DNA of 124,000 nucleotides from Wallemia ichthyophaga EXF-994 (GCF_000400465.1 NW_008806277.1:20001-144000); one strand, 5' to 3'. Positions 9,787 to 22,680 are shown, counted from the stretch's first letter. Numbers and translations: made by a program. Notes: generated by a model from the letters alone, not told the origin.

Positions 9787-10399
9787 CTTATTCACTTTAT
9801 AAGTGCGGCAGAATAACGACCGTTATCATCAATTGCGTTTCACTCAAGCCAAATTTTTAGCCCTATCACTGACACTCACGTTTCAACATAAAAAGTGATA
9901 CGAACATAAAACTTTCTTCTCAAATGATTTAAGGTTTTGAAGTACTTGTATTATTTGCACGACTCTCGTTGGTTGTTTTCTAGATTTACATTATTAAGTG
10001 AATCCGGTTAAATGGCATCTGCATTGTTTTCTGAGCCACTACTATCTAAGCATTTTCGTTATTCCAATATTTCATAGCGTTTGAAATGGTTGAGATTGAG
10101 ACACTGTCTCTCAATCGAATACCCGTAGATTGTCTTTGGCAGCGTGAGGAAGAATTTAAAATGACCTGAAGCATTGGCAGAGTTTTAATTCTATTTCTTT
10201 AGGCCTTTTTTACACTCTTCACGTCAGCTCGTCACCCTCGAATTAAACCCCTCTTCGGAAAGGTTTCTGGGTTTCAGCTAGTAAGATTAACAGAATACTT
10301 GGAAGCAAAGTGACTACAAGAATTGTTTACTAAGGGATTTTCCAATGTGTGCTATGTGGGCGTCTATTAACCGAGCGTAGCTCAACGATACAGCCTCAA

Positions 10400-10885
10400 T
10401 CTTGCAGCAACATAGATTATCTCAGCAGGGAGCCTTGCGAAGGACTTCTTGTTGGATGTTTTGTCGTCTGTGGATTGCTTTGTCTTGGTGGTTGAGGTTA
10501 GATAGAGAGATGAAGTGAGGGATGGAGAGCAAACCTACCAGGAGTATCGCTCAAAGTGGACTTTGAACGGACTGCCAGATCTTAGTTGGAGTTCAGAAAG
10601 AGTTAAATGAGCGGAGATAAAGCTTACTGGGAGTAGCAAAGACCATTTACAGGGAAAGGGCTAAACCCGCCATACTATGGTCCACAAGACGGCGAGCCGC
10701 GAGGAAATAAGTGTGGGCCACTACAGAACGCAGCGGTGTTAGAGTCGTTAATGTACTTTGACTCACGTGACTCTTGCCTTGTCTGTTGTGTTTCACTAAC
10801 CCGTTACCCTCGTTCCTAGTCTCGCGGCTAACAGCGTTGAAAGAGGGGTGATGAGCAAAACAAAGTACCATCTCAAAGCATACAT
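10400..10885 (-). CDS. Possible small multi-exon secreted/membrane protein (duplicate at about 15036-15521)
   Basis: ATG 10885 begins MYALRWYFVLLITPLSTLLAARLG; several GT...CTAAC...AG intron-like segments downstream; exon joining uncertain. Confidence 0.3.
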
Positions 10886-11424
10886 ATGAGAAAATTAGAA
10901 ATCACGATATCAACGCCTATCGCATGTCTGCTGATGACTGTGAAAAAAGCGTGAAAATCAAATGCATCATACAAGTTGGATAAAGCTGGATATCATTAGG
11001 ACGTCGTGCGTGTGAGTAGGTGGATATAATAAGAGGGGAAACACTGAGTTAAGCTGGCATCTAGCGAGTTAGTTCTGGCGAGTTCTGCCAAGCAGAGTTT
11101 TGCAAAGTGAGCAGTTTATGAGTTTCGAGGCATTCCGCAATGAGACCTGGATAATTATGTTCCATCTCCTCTCTTACCGAATAAGCCCTGTAAAGAATCT
11201 CCGCAGTCTGTTTATCCTGCAGGAGGACTCTCAAGGAACCTCGAACGAACGGAAAAAGTTTACAACATTTCTGCAAGTCGTTATTCAGCGCGTTGAATTT
11301 TAAAGCGACAATATCGATATGAAACCCATTTAAAGCGCGCATCTCATCCTTTTGCGTCCGTTTTGTGATATAGTATTTCAGCAGAGCACGTTTCTTACAT
11401 GTCCTGTTTACAGAGTCTGTAAAC

Positions 11425-12114
11425 TTACCAAATGTACGTAATGTATGTGTGTATCAAATTTAGTGGTGTATCGGTGGTGATTGAGCCATTTACCAGTTCG
11501 TAATTCTTGAAAATTATCATGTTCGGTTTACGCATGTAGCAGCTGTCCAGCGCGTTGAGAATTGCAATGAAGTGCTCCTGCGTTATCAAATCGAATCCAG
11601 GCATATCGACCAATGATGGTCGATGGATGCGGAGTAATTTGATACGGAAGTATTTGTCGCATATCGCAATGGCTAGCATCGCGGCTTTGAGATGTGTCAT
11701 GTGGTCTATGTTTATCGTTAGCTCTGTCGCACCGTCTGACCTACCAATCAGGAGATGTGTATTTTCAGTCTCGATGAGCGCGTCGAGTGTGAGAGTGAAC
11801 TTTTGCAGTACAGGCATTTTGTTGATGCATGTGGATAGCTGTGGACATGCTAATAACCGTGTGGATTTATTGAAGTGTTCCAGATTCAACTCAAGTACTT
11901 CTATCGAGTAGAGGAAATCTGTTGGTTGGAGTACACAGTTTTGAAGGAATGTCAGGTAAGATATCAGCTCAGCTGGTTTCGTGTTGTTTGTTGGTTTCAG
12001 AGATTGTATAATCAGACTTTTGGGATGTTTGCGGGTGAGTTTGTAGCTATTCTTAAGAGACGGCAAACAGCTCAGTTGCACCATGTAAGCTAATAATCCT
12101 ACAAACGACATCAT
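11425..12114 (-). CDS. Hypothetical lineage-specific protein (copy 1)
   Basis: 230-codon ATG-started ORF with globular composition; possible further exon 11061-11342 not joined in frame by simple splicing. Confidence 0.5.
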   Translation of the reverse strand: MMSFVGLLAYMVQLSCLPSLKNSYKLTRKHPKSLIIQSLKPTNNTKPAELISYLTFLQNCVLQPTDFLYSIEVLELNLEHFNKSTRLLACPQLSTCINKMPVLQKFTLTLDALIETENTHLLIGRSDGATELTINIDHMTHLKAAMLAIAICDKYFRIKLLRIHRPSLVDMPGFDLITQEHFIAILNALDSCYMRKPNMIIFKNYELVNGSITTDTPLNLIHTYITYIW

Positions 12115-12270
12115 CTGGGAAGCTCCAGAATCCTGCCATAGGAGAATTAGGTAGAGAAGATGGGGAAAACGGGGAAGAAAAAGCACAAAGCGCTCACAAC
12201 AGACACAAAACACCCGCCCACGCCAATTATACAGCCACAAAGAATCTATGGATGCAACAAGCAACTAAAT

Positions 12271-12764
12271 TTAGTTGCGGCTCTTGAAGTAGTCCAAGAG
12301 GACGTTAAGACCCTCAGACTCAACACCAAAGTCGCGGACAACGACGCAAGAGGTACCGACGACCTTACGTGCGTTACCCTCTCTGTCGATCTTGCAGAGA
12401 CCAGCCCAGGTACCCAAAACCTTGGCGTCGGAGACCTTGATGAGGTTGATTTGGTGCTCTGCGCAGAGAGCTTCGATGAGCTTGATGTACTCAGCCTCAG
12501 TGCAGGTTTCGACGAGCACACAGAGGTGGGCAGCTCTACGGTCGAGAGCCTTAGCACACTCTCTCAAACCACGGGCGAGACCATCGTGGTAGAGGGCGTT
12601 CTTGAGAACTTGTTGGAGGGCTTCCTCGACAGACATCTTGCCTGCTGGAGCAGCCTCAGCGACTTCGACCTCTTCTTGAGGAACTTCGACTTGTTGTTCA
12701 CCGTTTTCAGACTGTAGAGAGTGAGCAGGGGTGTATTAAATCCACTGCACACCAAACACACCAT
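12271..12764 (-). CDS. RPS12: 40S ribosomal protein S12 (eS12), copy 1; intron immediately after the ATG
   Basis: [27 protein letters not shown]...[27 protein letters not shown]. Confidence 0.98.
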
Positions 12765-13176
12765 TATAGATTCTTATGCTAAGTCAGTCAATCGTAAGAC
12801 GTCGTCCTTCGTTCTTAGCTGTTAGCTGGGTCGAAGAGAGAAGGCGGCGTTACAGATTTTATCCACCGAAAAATTTAAATTGTGTGCGAGTGTATGAGTT
12901 TGTAGAGAGTTTGTGGGGTTTGTGGATTTATGCTTACGTATACTTACATCCTCTACTCCTTCGGCGATGGAGTTGTGCGGGGTTTACGCTGTGTGCTGAT
13001 GTAGACGATTGCATGTACGTATATCATTCTGAAAGTAGGCTCTAACCACACTTTTTATTTAAATACACACTGCGAGCTTTTCAGACAATTTTACAGAAAA
13101 TTTCACTATTGTTTAACTAACAACAAACGGTATTATGTATTTAATGTAAAAACAGAAACCCGGTAAACAAAACAAT

Positions 13177-13548
13177 TTAGATGAGTGGGATTGGAGTACA
13201 GTTGATACCGAGGAGACCATCTGAAGATGCCTTCTCGCAGCAGACTGGGGTGTTCTTGCATACGTCTGTGGAGCGTGTTAGTTATATTTACGACGCACGT
13301 AGATTCCAAATACCTTGTAATGCTACTCCGATGAGAAGAGGTATTTGAGTACATTGGATAGCAACTTGGTCGAGAATATCGCCTGTGTGGAGAAGACCGT
13401 CTTCTTCACCAGTGCTTGATTGCTTGTCTTTTGTAGTATCACAACATGAAGTAAGTCCGGTATTACATGAGCCGACTGATGAGCCGCCTGATGGTCTGGC
13501 GAGGGCAGATGCGATGACGGCGGAGATGGCGAGGGTTTGAGCGATCAT
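13177..13548 (-). CDS. Class I hydrophobin, copy 1 (2 exons)
   Basis: Signal peptide plus 8 Cys in C-CC-C-C-CC-C pattern after splicing: SCNTGLTSCC...QCTQIPLLIGVALQ|DVCKNTPVCC...INCTPIPLI*. Confidence 0.93.
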
Positions 13549-13955
13549 TGTTTAGAGAGCAAGATGAGTTGTGAGGATGCAACATGGGTAGAGCTAGGCT
13601 ATTTAACCATCTGAGAAGCGCACTAAAATGATTATTAGCGCTATCTTATTTTAGTGCACTTTTAGCGTGCATTATGAGCTCCGGAATGTGGTATTTGCAT
13701 TGAATATCATGTGAAATAAAAAGTGTATGTTTGCATGTGCGTACGTTTACACAAAAATATTTAGAAAAACACTCCTCCACACGGGCACACCTCTTGCGTA
13801 TAAGACGAGTAAAATTTTCAAAAGGCAACACAAAAACAAATCAATTATTAAACGAGGAAAGTGATGCAGCGTTGTTGTTAGTGAGAGTGCGAGACAACCA
13901 AGTCTCAACTGGTATCCTGTATGAAATCTGTAAAGTGACAAGTTGAACGACCCCA

Positions 13956-14178
13956 TTAGTCCTTGTAAATGAGCAAAGGTTCACCCGGTTCATGAACCTC
14001 TGGAATTGTACATTTCAAATCGAAAGCCTTTGAGAGAACAATTTTGAATATTTTCTGTACGTGAATGGAGTGCGAAGTGGAGCAGAAGATGAGAGGAGCG
14101 TGCATAGCCTTTGCGAATCTCTTTGCCTGTGTTGATGAGTGGGTAAGTGAATTGAAAGTGCAAATATCGCTCCTACCT
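13956..14178 (-). pseudogene. Orphan 3' fragment (last intron plus last exon) of the Spg1/Tem1 gene created by the duplication
   Basis: Identical to 18592-18814 but lacks the upstream exons; TAG stop in the Spg1 frame at the junction. Confidence 0.9.
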
Positions 14179-14328
14179 AGCATTGCATTGAGGTGAAGCA
14201 ATCAATATGAAAACGTACAATGACTTGATTTTATGAATATTTGCGTACACCTTTTGCGTTTCAATTGTATATATTTTTAAGCTGCAAAGGAATTCTCAGT
14301 TCAAAATAACTCAACGGGAGTAGCTGAT

Positions 14329-14404
14329 ATCGAAAGGTTGCAGGTTCGAGCCCTGCGTCGGTCACCACGGCCGGCTGGCTCAATGGTAGAGTATTCGACT
14401 ACGG
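14329..14404 (+). tRNA. tRNA-Arg(ACG): Permuted tRNA-Arg(ACG), second copy (3' half 14329-14364, 5' half 14369-14404)
   Basis: Identical to 9693-9768. Confidence 0.88.
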
Positions 14405-16060
14405 CATTGAAATAATTTTTTTCTTATTCACTTTATAAGTGCGGCAGAATAACGACCGTTATCATCAATTGCGTTTCACTCAAGCCAAATTTTTAGCCCT
14501 ATCACTGACACTCACGTTTCAACATAAAAAGTGATACGAACATAAAACTTTCTTCTCAAATGATTTAAGGTTTTGAAGTACTTGTATTATTTGCACGACT
14601 CTCGTTGGTTGTTTTCTAGATTTACATTATTAAGTGAATCCGGTTAAATGGCATCTGCATTGTTTTCTGAGCCACTACTATCTAAGCATTTTCGTTATTC
14701 CAATATTTCATAGCGTTTGAAATGGTTGAGATTGAGACACTGTCTCTCAATCGAATACCCGTAGATTGTCTTTGGCAGCGTGAGGAAGAATTTAAAATGA
14801 CCTGAAGCATTGGCAGAGTTTTAATTCTATTTCTTTAGGCCTTTTTTACACTCTTCACGTCAGCTCGTCACCCTCGAATTAAACCCCTCTTCGGAAAGGT
14901 TTCTGGGTTTCAGCTAGTAAGATTAACAGAATACTTGGAAGCAAAGTGACTACAAGAATTGTTTACTAAGGGATTTTCCAATGTGTGCTATGTGGGCGTC
15001 TATTAACCGAGCGTAGCTCAACGATACAGCCTCAATCTTGCAGCAACATAGATTATCTCAGCAGGGAGCCTTGCGAAGGACTTCTTGTTGGATGTTTTGT
15101 CGTCTGTGGATTGCTTTGTCTTGGTGGTTGAGGTTAGATAGAGAGATGAAGTGAGGGATGGAGAGCAAACCTACCAGGAGTATCGCTCAAAGTGGACTTT
15201 GAACGGACTGCCAGATCTTAGTTGGAGTTCAGAAAGAGTTAAATGAGCGGAGATAAAGCTTACTGGGAGTAGCAAAGACCATTTACAGGGAAAGGGCTAA
15301 ACCCGCCATACTATGGTCCACAAGACGGCGAGCCGCGAGGAAATAAGTGTGGGCCACTACAGAACGCAGCGGTGTTAGAGTCGTTAATGTACTTTGACTC
15401 ACGTGACTCTTGCCTTGTCTGTTGTGTTTCACTAACCCGTTACCCTCGTTCCTAGTCTCGCGGCTAACAGCGTTGAAAGAGGGGTGATGAGCAAAACAAA
15501 GTACCATCTCAAAGCATACATATGAGAAAATTAGAAATCACGATATCAACGCCTATCGCATGTCTGCTGATGACTGTGAAAAAAGCGTGAAAATCAAATG
15601 CATCATACAAGTTGGATAAAGCTGGATATCATTAGGACGTCGTGCGTGTGAGTAGGTGGATATAATAAGAGGGGAAACACTGAGTTAAGCTGGCATCTAG
15701 CGAGTTAGTTCTGGCGAGTTCTGCCAAGCAGAGTTTTGCAAAGTGAGCAGTTTATGAGTTTCGAGGCATTCCGCAATGAGACCTGGATAATTATGTTCCA
15801 TCTCCTCTCTTACCGAATAAGCCCTGTAAAGAATCTCCGCAGTCTGTTTATCCTGCAGGAGGACTCTCAAGGAACCTCGAACGAACGGAAAAAGTTTACA
15901 ACATTTCTGCAAGTCGTTATTCAGCGCGTTGAATTTTAAAGCGACAATATCGATATGAAACCCATTTAAAGCGCGCATCTCATCCTTTTGCGTCCGTTTT
16001 GTGATATAGTATTTCAGCAGAGCACGTTTCTTACATGTCCTGTTTACAGAGTCTGTAAAC

Positions 16061-16750
16061 TTACCAAATGTACGTAATGTATGTGTGTATCAAATTTAGT
16101 GGTGTATCGGTGGTGATTGAGCCATTTACCAGTTCGTAATTCTTGAAAATTATCATGTTCGGTTTACGCATGTAGCAGCTGTCCAGCGCGTTGAGAATTG
16201 CAATGAAGTGCTCCTGCGTTATCAAATCGAATCCAGGCATATCGACCAATGATGGTCGATGGATGCGGAGTAATTTGATACGGAAGTATTTGTCGCATAT
16301 CGCAATGGCTAGCATCGCGGCTTTGAGATGTGTCATGTGGTCTATGTTTATCGTTAGCTCTGTCGCACCGTCTGACCTACCAATCAGGAGATGTGTATTT
16401 TCAGTCTCGATGAGCGCGTCGAGTGTGAGAGTGAACTTTTGCAGTACAGGCATTTTGTTGATGCATGTGGATAGCTGTGGACATGCTAATAACCGTGTGG
16501 ATTTATTGAAGTGTTCCAGATTCAACTCAAGTACTTCTATCGAGTAGAGGAAATCTGTTGGTTGGAGTACACAGTTTTGAAGGAATGTCAGGTAAGATAT
16601 CAGCTCAGCTGGTTTCGTGTTGTTTGTTGGTTTCAGAGATTGTATAATCAGACTTTTGGGATGTTTGCGGGTGAGTTTGTAGCTATTCTTAAGAGACGGC
16701 AAACAGCTCAGTTGCACCATGTAAGCTAATAATCCTACAAACGACATCAT
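16061..16750 (-). CDS. Hypothetical protein (copy 2 of 11425-12114)
   Basis: Identical translation. Confidence 0.5.
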   Translation of the reverse strand: MMSFVGLLAYMVQLSCLPSLKNSYKLTRKHPKSLIIQSLKPTNNTKPAELISYLTFLQNCVLQPTDFLYSIEVLELNLEHFNKSTRLLACPQLSTCINKMPVLQKFTLTLDALIETENTHLLIGRSDGATELTINIDHMTHLKAAMLAIAICDKYFRIKLLRIHRPSLVDMPGFDLITQEHFIAILNALDSCYMRKPNMIIFKNYELVNGSITTDTPLNLIHTYITYIW

Positions 16751-16906
16751 CTGGGAAGCTCCAGAATCCTGCCATAGGAGAATTAGGTAGAGAAGATGGG
16801 GAAAACGGGGAAGAAAAAGCACAAAGCGCTCACAACAGACACAAAACACCCGCCCACGCCAATTATACAGCCACAAAGAATCTATGGATGCAACAAGCAA
16901 CTAAAT

Positions 16907-17400
16907 TTAGTTGCGGCTCTTGAAGTAGTCCAAGAGGACGTTAAGACCCTCAGACTCAACACCAAAGTCGCGGACAACGACGCAAGAGGTACCGACGACC
17001 TTACGTGCGTTACCCTCTCTGTCGATCTTGCAGAGACCAGCCCAGGTACCCAAAACCTTGGCGTCGGAGACCTTGATGAGGTTGATTTGGTGCTCTGCGC
17101 AGAGAGCTTCGATGAGCTTGATGTACTCAGCCTCAGTGCAGGTTTCGACGAGCACACAGAGGTGGGCAGCTCTACGGTCGAGAGCCTTAGCACACTCTCT
17201 CAAACCACGGGCGAGACCATCGTGGTAGAGGGCGTTCTTGAGAACTTGTTGGAGGGCTTCCTCGACAGACATCTTGCCTGCTGGAGCAGCCTCAGCGACT
17301 TCGACCTCTTCTTGAGGAACTTCGACTTGTTGTTCACCGTTTTCAGACTGTAGAGAGTGAGCAGGGGTGTATTAAATCCACTGCACACCAAACACACCAT
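16907..17400 (-). CDS. RPS12: 40S ribosomal protein S12, copy 2
   Basis: Identical to copy 1. Confidence 0.97.
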
Positions 17401-17812
17401 TATAGATTCTTATGCTAAGTCAGTCAATCGTAAGACGTCGTCCTTCGTTCTTAGCTGTTAGCTGGGTCGAAGAGAGAAGGCGGCGTTACAGATTTTATCC
17501 ACCGAAAAATTTAAATTGTGTGCGAGTGTATGAGTTTGTAGAGAGTTTGTGGGGTTTGTGGATTTATGCTTACGTATACTTACATCCTCTACTCCTTCGG
17601 CGATGGAGTTGTGCGGGGTTTACGCTGTGTGCTGATGTAGACGATTGCATGTACGTATATCATTCTGAAAGTAGGCTCTAACCACACTTTTTATTTAAAT
17701 ACACACTGCGAGCTTTTCAGACAATTTTACAGAAAATTTCACTATTGTTTAACTAACAACAAACGGTATTATGTATTTAATGTAAAAACAGAAACCCGGT
17801 AAACAAAACAAT

Positions 17813-18184
17813 TTAGATGAGTGGGATTGGAGTACAGTTGATACCGAGGAGACCATCTGAAGATGCCTTCTCGCAGCAGACTGGGGTGTTCTTGCATACG
17901 TCTGTGGAGCGTGTTAGTTATATTTACGACGCACGTAGATTCCAAATACCTTGTAATGCTACTCCGATGAGAAGAGGTATTTGAGTACATTGGATAGCAA
18001 CTTGGTCGAGAATATCGCCTGTGTGGAGAAGACCGTCTTCTTCACCAGTGCTTGATTGCTTGTCTTTTGTAGTATCACAACATGAAGTAAGTCCGGTATT
18101 ACATGAGCCGACTGATGAGCCGCCTGATGGTCTGGCGAGGGCAGATGCGATGACGGCGGAGATGGCGAGGGTTTGAGCGATCAT
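17813..18184 (-). CDS. Class I hydrophobin, copy 2
   Basis: Identical to copy 1. Confidence 0.92.
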
Positions 18185-18591
18185 TGTTTAGAGAGCAAGA
18201 TGAGTTGTGAGGATGCAACATGGGTAGAGCTAGGCTATTTAACCATCTGAGAAGCGCACTAAAATGATTATTAGCGCTATCTTATTTTAGTGCACTTTTA
18301 GCGTGCATTATGAGCTCCGGAATGTGGTATTTGCATTGAATATCATGTGAAATAAAAAGTGTATGTTTGCATGTGCGTACGTTTACACAAAAATATTTAG
18401 AAAAACACTCCTCCACACGGGCACACCTCTTGCGTATAAGACGAGTAAAATTTTCAAAAGGCAACACAAAAACAAATCAATTATTAAACGAGGAAAGTGA
18501 TGCAGCGTTGTTGTTAGTGAGAGTGCGAGACAACCAAGTCTCAACTGGTATCCTGTATGAAATCTGTAAAGTGACAAGTTGAACGACCCCA

Positions 18592-19398
18592 TTAGTCCTT
18601 GTAAATGAGCAAAGGTTCACCCGGTTCATGAACCTCTGGAATTGTACATTTCAAATCGAAAGCCTTTGAGAGAACAATTTTGAATATTTTCTGTACGTGA
18701 ATGGAGTGCGAAGTGGAGCAGAAGATGAGAGGAGCGTGCATAGCCTTTGCGAATCTCTTTGCCTGTGTTGATGAGTGGGTAAGTGAATTGAAAGTGCAAA
18801 TATCGCTCCTACCTGCTTGGTTATCTCCTCCTGATCTTCCTTAGGCAGACCAGCGAATACATCGAACTTGGTACCTACGAGGAAAGGGATTGCAGTTTTG
18901 TTAAACCCTCTAGCCTGTCTGTACCACTCTTTTATCGAATTAAGGGTGCTCTTCCTGGAAAGATCGAACATGAAGAGAATTGCAACTGCGTCATTGCAAA
19001 CGAGTGGGAGCATGTTGACGAATTCGCGTTGGCCTGTGCGACGAGAATGAGAATGACAATGAAAGTGATTTCAAAGGAAAGTTAATCCCCCAGATAAAGC
19101 CACAACGCACCACCTAGATCCCAAATGGAGAAAGTAATTTCAGTCTGGCGTATGGATATAGTCTTTTCCATAAAGTTTACGCCTGTAAGCGGGTGATTGA
19201 GTGATGCTCTTTCAATAGCCCAAGCTACACGCACCTAGCGTTTGTATGTAGTCTTCATCGAATGAACCTCTGTCGCGCGTAAGTGTAAGAAGCGTCTAAG
19301 AAACGCATCCACTGCACCCACTCCACATATTTAACCATCAAAGACGTCTTCCCAATGCTGCTGTCCCCCACCAACGCTGTTTTGAGATAAAGGGCCAT
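18592..19398 (-). CDS. SPG1: Septation/mitotic-exit GTPase Spg1/Tem1 (multi-exon)
   Basis: Spliced [34 protein letters not shown]...FSIWDLG; [28 protein letters not shown]. Confidence 0.95.
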
Positions 19399-19548
19399 GA
19401 TCGCTGTGAGTAAGGTGGTTGAGGTGTTTGAGGTACTTGAGACAACTTAAATTAGCAAATGATGTTTCAATTTTTAAGCCTATTTTCAAGCTCATTTTCA
19501 AGTTCACTTCGAGACCGTTTAATTGATTAGAGTCATCTAACACACAAC

Positions 19549-20010
19549 ATGAGAGGATACGCGGATATCAATTTGCTGTTGGTGGGTTGAATGTTGCGAA
19601 TCAATCCCTCTCACATTCCATCTTCAGAGCATCGCTGTTGCCATTTTATCGCTTTTGATCATCTCTCCCTACGTTTTCACTTATGAGGCTACTAGGACAG
19701 CCAGCGTTGGGGAAAGAGAAGCAAGAGTTGCAGAACGTGAAAGCTCAGTGGCTGCGAGGGAAAGCAATCTCTACTGGAAGTCTATTCCGCCCCCTGACGT
19801 AACACAAGACGAGGAGGAGGAGTGCAATCATGATACGATTCTACTACGCGAGTTGGAGTTTACTAAGAGAGAAGCAGGATTGCATAAACGTGAAGCTAGC
19901 ATCGCGCGCAGAGAGGCGTGGTTAGTTGATAATTGGTGGGTGAAATTTGGAATATACGAGACATTGTGAGACTCACACACACAATCACACGCAGGCCACA
20001 CTAAACATAT
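19549..20010 (+). CDS. Hypothetical small membrane-anchored coiled-coil protein
   Basis: Hydrophobic N-terminus, repeated REAxVAxRE motifs, GT-AG introns; end approximate. Confidence 0.5.
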
Positions 20011-20100
20011 ATATGATAGTCATTATGAATGAATAAAAGATTAAATAAGATTTGCAGTTTGATTTGATCCATGGGGCAGGTCACCTACGTCACACACCTT

Positions 20101-21295
<1,195 letters not shown>

Positions 21296-21603
21296 GGTGG
21301 TGGTATGCGGATAAGGAGGGAATGGATCGATTGACAGATTTATAAATACACAAAGCCGAACGCGGGAATATAAAATTTAATAAAATAGCCGTGAATTTAA
21401 TCAAATTGCCTGATTTGGGTGAATTCGCCGTCTTTTCTGAGTCAATTTGAGTGTTTAACGGAGTTTCAAGGAATTTTAAGTGGGTTCAAGTGAATTTCAA
21501 GTGTTTAAGATTATTTAATAGTGTTTACTATTAATAATCAGTGACACTTAAAATTACTAGTGAAATTAGAAATACATAGTTACACCCCAACCACCATGCT
21601 CAA

Positions 21604-22680
21604 ATGAGATACCTTGAAATATCCAAGCACAGCTCTATATCCCCGAACGATCTCATAAATTCAATAAACAAGGCAAACCTAACGCCACCACTGCAAGTAC
21701 TCTACAACAATCACAATGACGTCTTCTACTTTGAATTTGCACACAGTATTGATGCTATTGAGGCGCTGAAATGGTGTGATAAGTGGGTTAGATTGGTTGG
21801 TGGCAGTAACGGTGATCAAGTACAGTCACAGGTACACTCAGAGCAATACCCACAGCCACACTCCCTCAACCAGCACTCATCCTCAGGTCCGCCTGTTGGT
21901 AGCATCCTAAATCCACTCATAGTAACTCACTCTGATCCGATCTCGCCCCCACTTTCCCCCAAATCACCCAAATCACCCAATTCCTCTTTGTCTACTTTTA
22001 ACGCTTCTCCACCGCAGAATTTGTTTGATGTATTAGCCTCGTTGCCTGGTGCAAATACAAACACTGTAAACACTGTAAACACAGCCAACACAACACAAAG
22101 CATACACACTCCACACCGCACACAAACACCAAACAACTCCCTCCCTCCCATCCTCAACACTGGCAGCCAGGGACCGATGCAGATGCAACCCGGCGACTGG
22201 GTGTGTTCGTGCGGCTTCGTTAATTGGAGGAGAAGGAAGTCGTGCTACCGGTGCTATCCATTTGCAAATGGTAATGAGAGTGGTAGCGGTAATAATGGGG
22301 AGCTGGCTAGGGCTGCTCAGAAGGCTGCTCAGTTGGCTGAGGAGGGTTTGAGCGAAAGTCAAGACAATCAAGACATTCACAACACCCAAGACACTCACAA
22401 TTCTACTCACAACGATTCTGCGTTTGCGTTCGACACACATCTTCTTAATGTCGGCTTGGGCCGTTTGGAGCTGAACCAGTTGGACCATCACCCACATCAC
22501 CCAGAACACCCCACCTTAGACTATCGCACTTTCTTGGCGTCCAGAAAGGCGTGGGACAGCGGTAATGATGGTGGTTTTAATGGCGGCGGCGGTGGTGGTA
22601 GCGTCGGAGTGGATCACAACGCGCACGACACCTTTGACCAACTTGGGGAAATCTTGCAGCGCGTGCAGTCAAGCCGTTGA
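21604..22680 (+). CDS. RanBP2-type zinc-finger RNA-binding protein
   Basis: PGDWVCSCGFVNWRRRKSCYRC; degenerate RRM-like N-terminus. Confidence 0.8.
   Translation: MRYLEISKHSSISPNDLINSINKANLTPPLQVLYNNHNDVFYFEFAHSIDAIEALKWCDKWVRLVGGSNGDQVQSQVHSEQYPQPHSLNQHSSSGPPVGSILNPLIVTHSDPISPPLSPKSPKSPNSSLSTFNASPPQNLFDVLASLPGANTNTVNTVNTANTTQSIHTPHRTQTPNNSLPPILNTGSQGPMQMQPGDWVCSCGFVNWRRRKSCYRCYPFANGNESGSGNNGELARAAQKAAQLAEEGLSESQDNQDIHNTQDTHNSTHNDSAFAFDTHLLNVGLGRLELNQLDHHPHHPEHPTLDYRTFLASRKAWDSGNDGGFNGGGGGGSVGVDHNAHDTFDQLGEILQRVQSSR

Larger units (their letters stand above)
9543..14178. repeat. Copy 1 of a 4636-bp direct tandem duplication
   Basis: All ORFs recur identically at an offset of 4636 (e.g. 10647/15283, 12271/16907); junction read at 14178/14179 (...CTCCTACCT|AGCATTGC...). 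Confidence 0.97.
14179..18814. repeat. Copy 2 of the 4636-bp tandem duplication
   Basis: Constant offset of 4636 throughout; no differences seen in the ORFs or segments compared. Confidence 0.97.

Noticed and set aside
9733-14364. Reading the tRNA as a normal gene with a 4.56-kb intron (5' half of copy 1 plus 3' half of copy 2)
   Set aside because: A T7 Pol III terminator follows the 5' half by 11 nt; this order exists only because of the duplication, while each single copy already has a complete permuted unit
9543-18814. Duplication as a mobile or integrative element targeting the tRNA
   Set aside because: No integrase or transposase, terminal repeats or target-site duplication; breakpoints are 150 nt from the tRNA and inside SPG1; cargo is host genes
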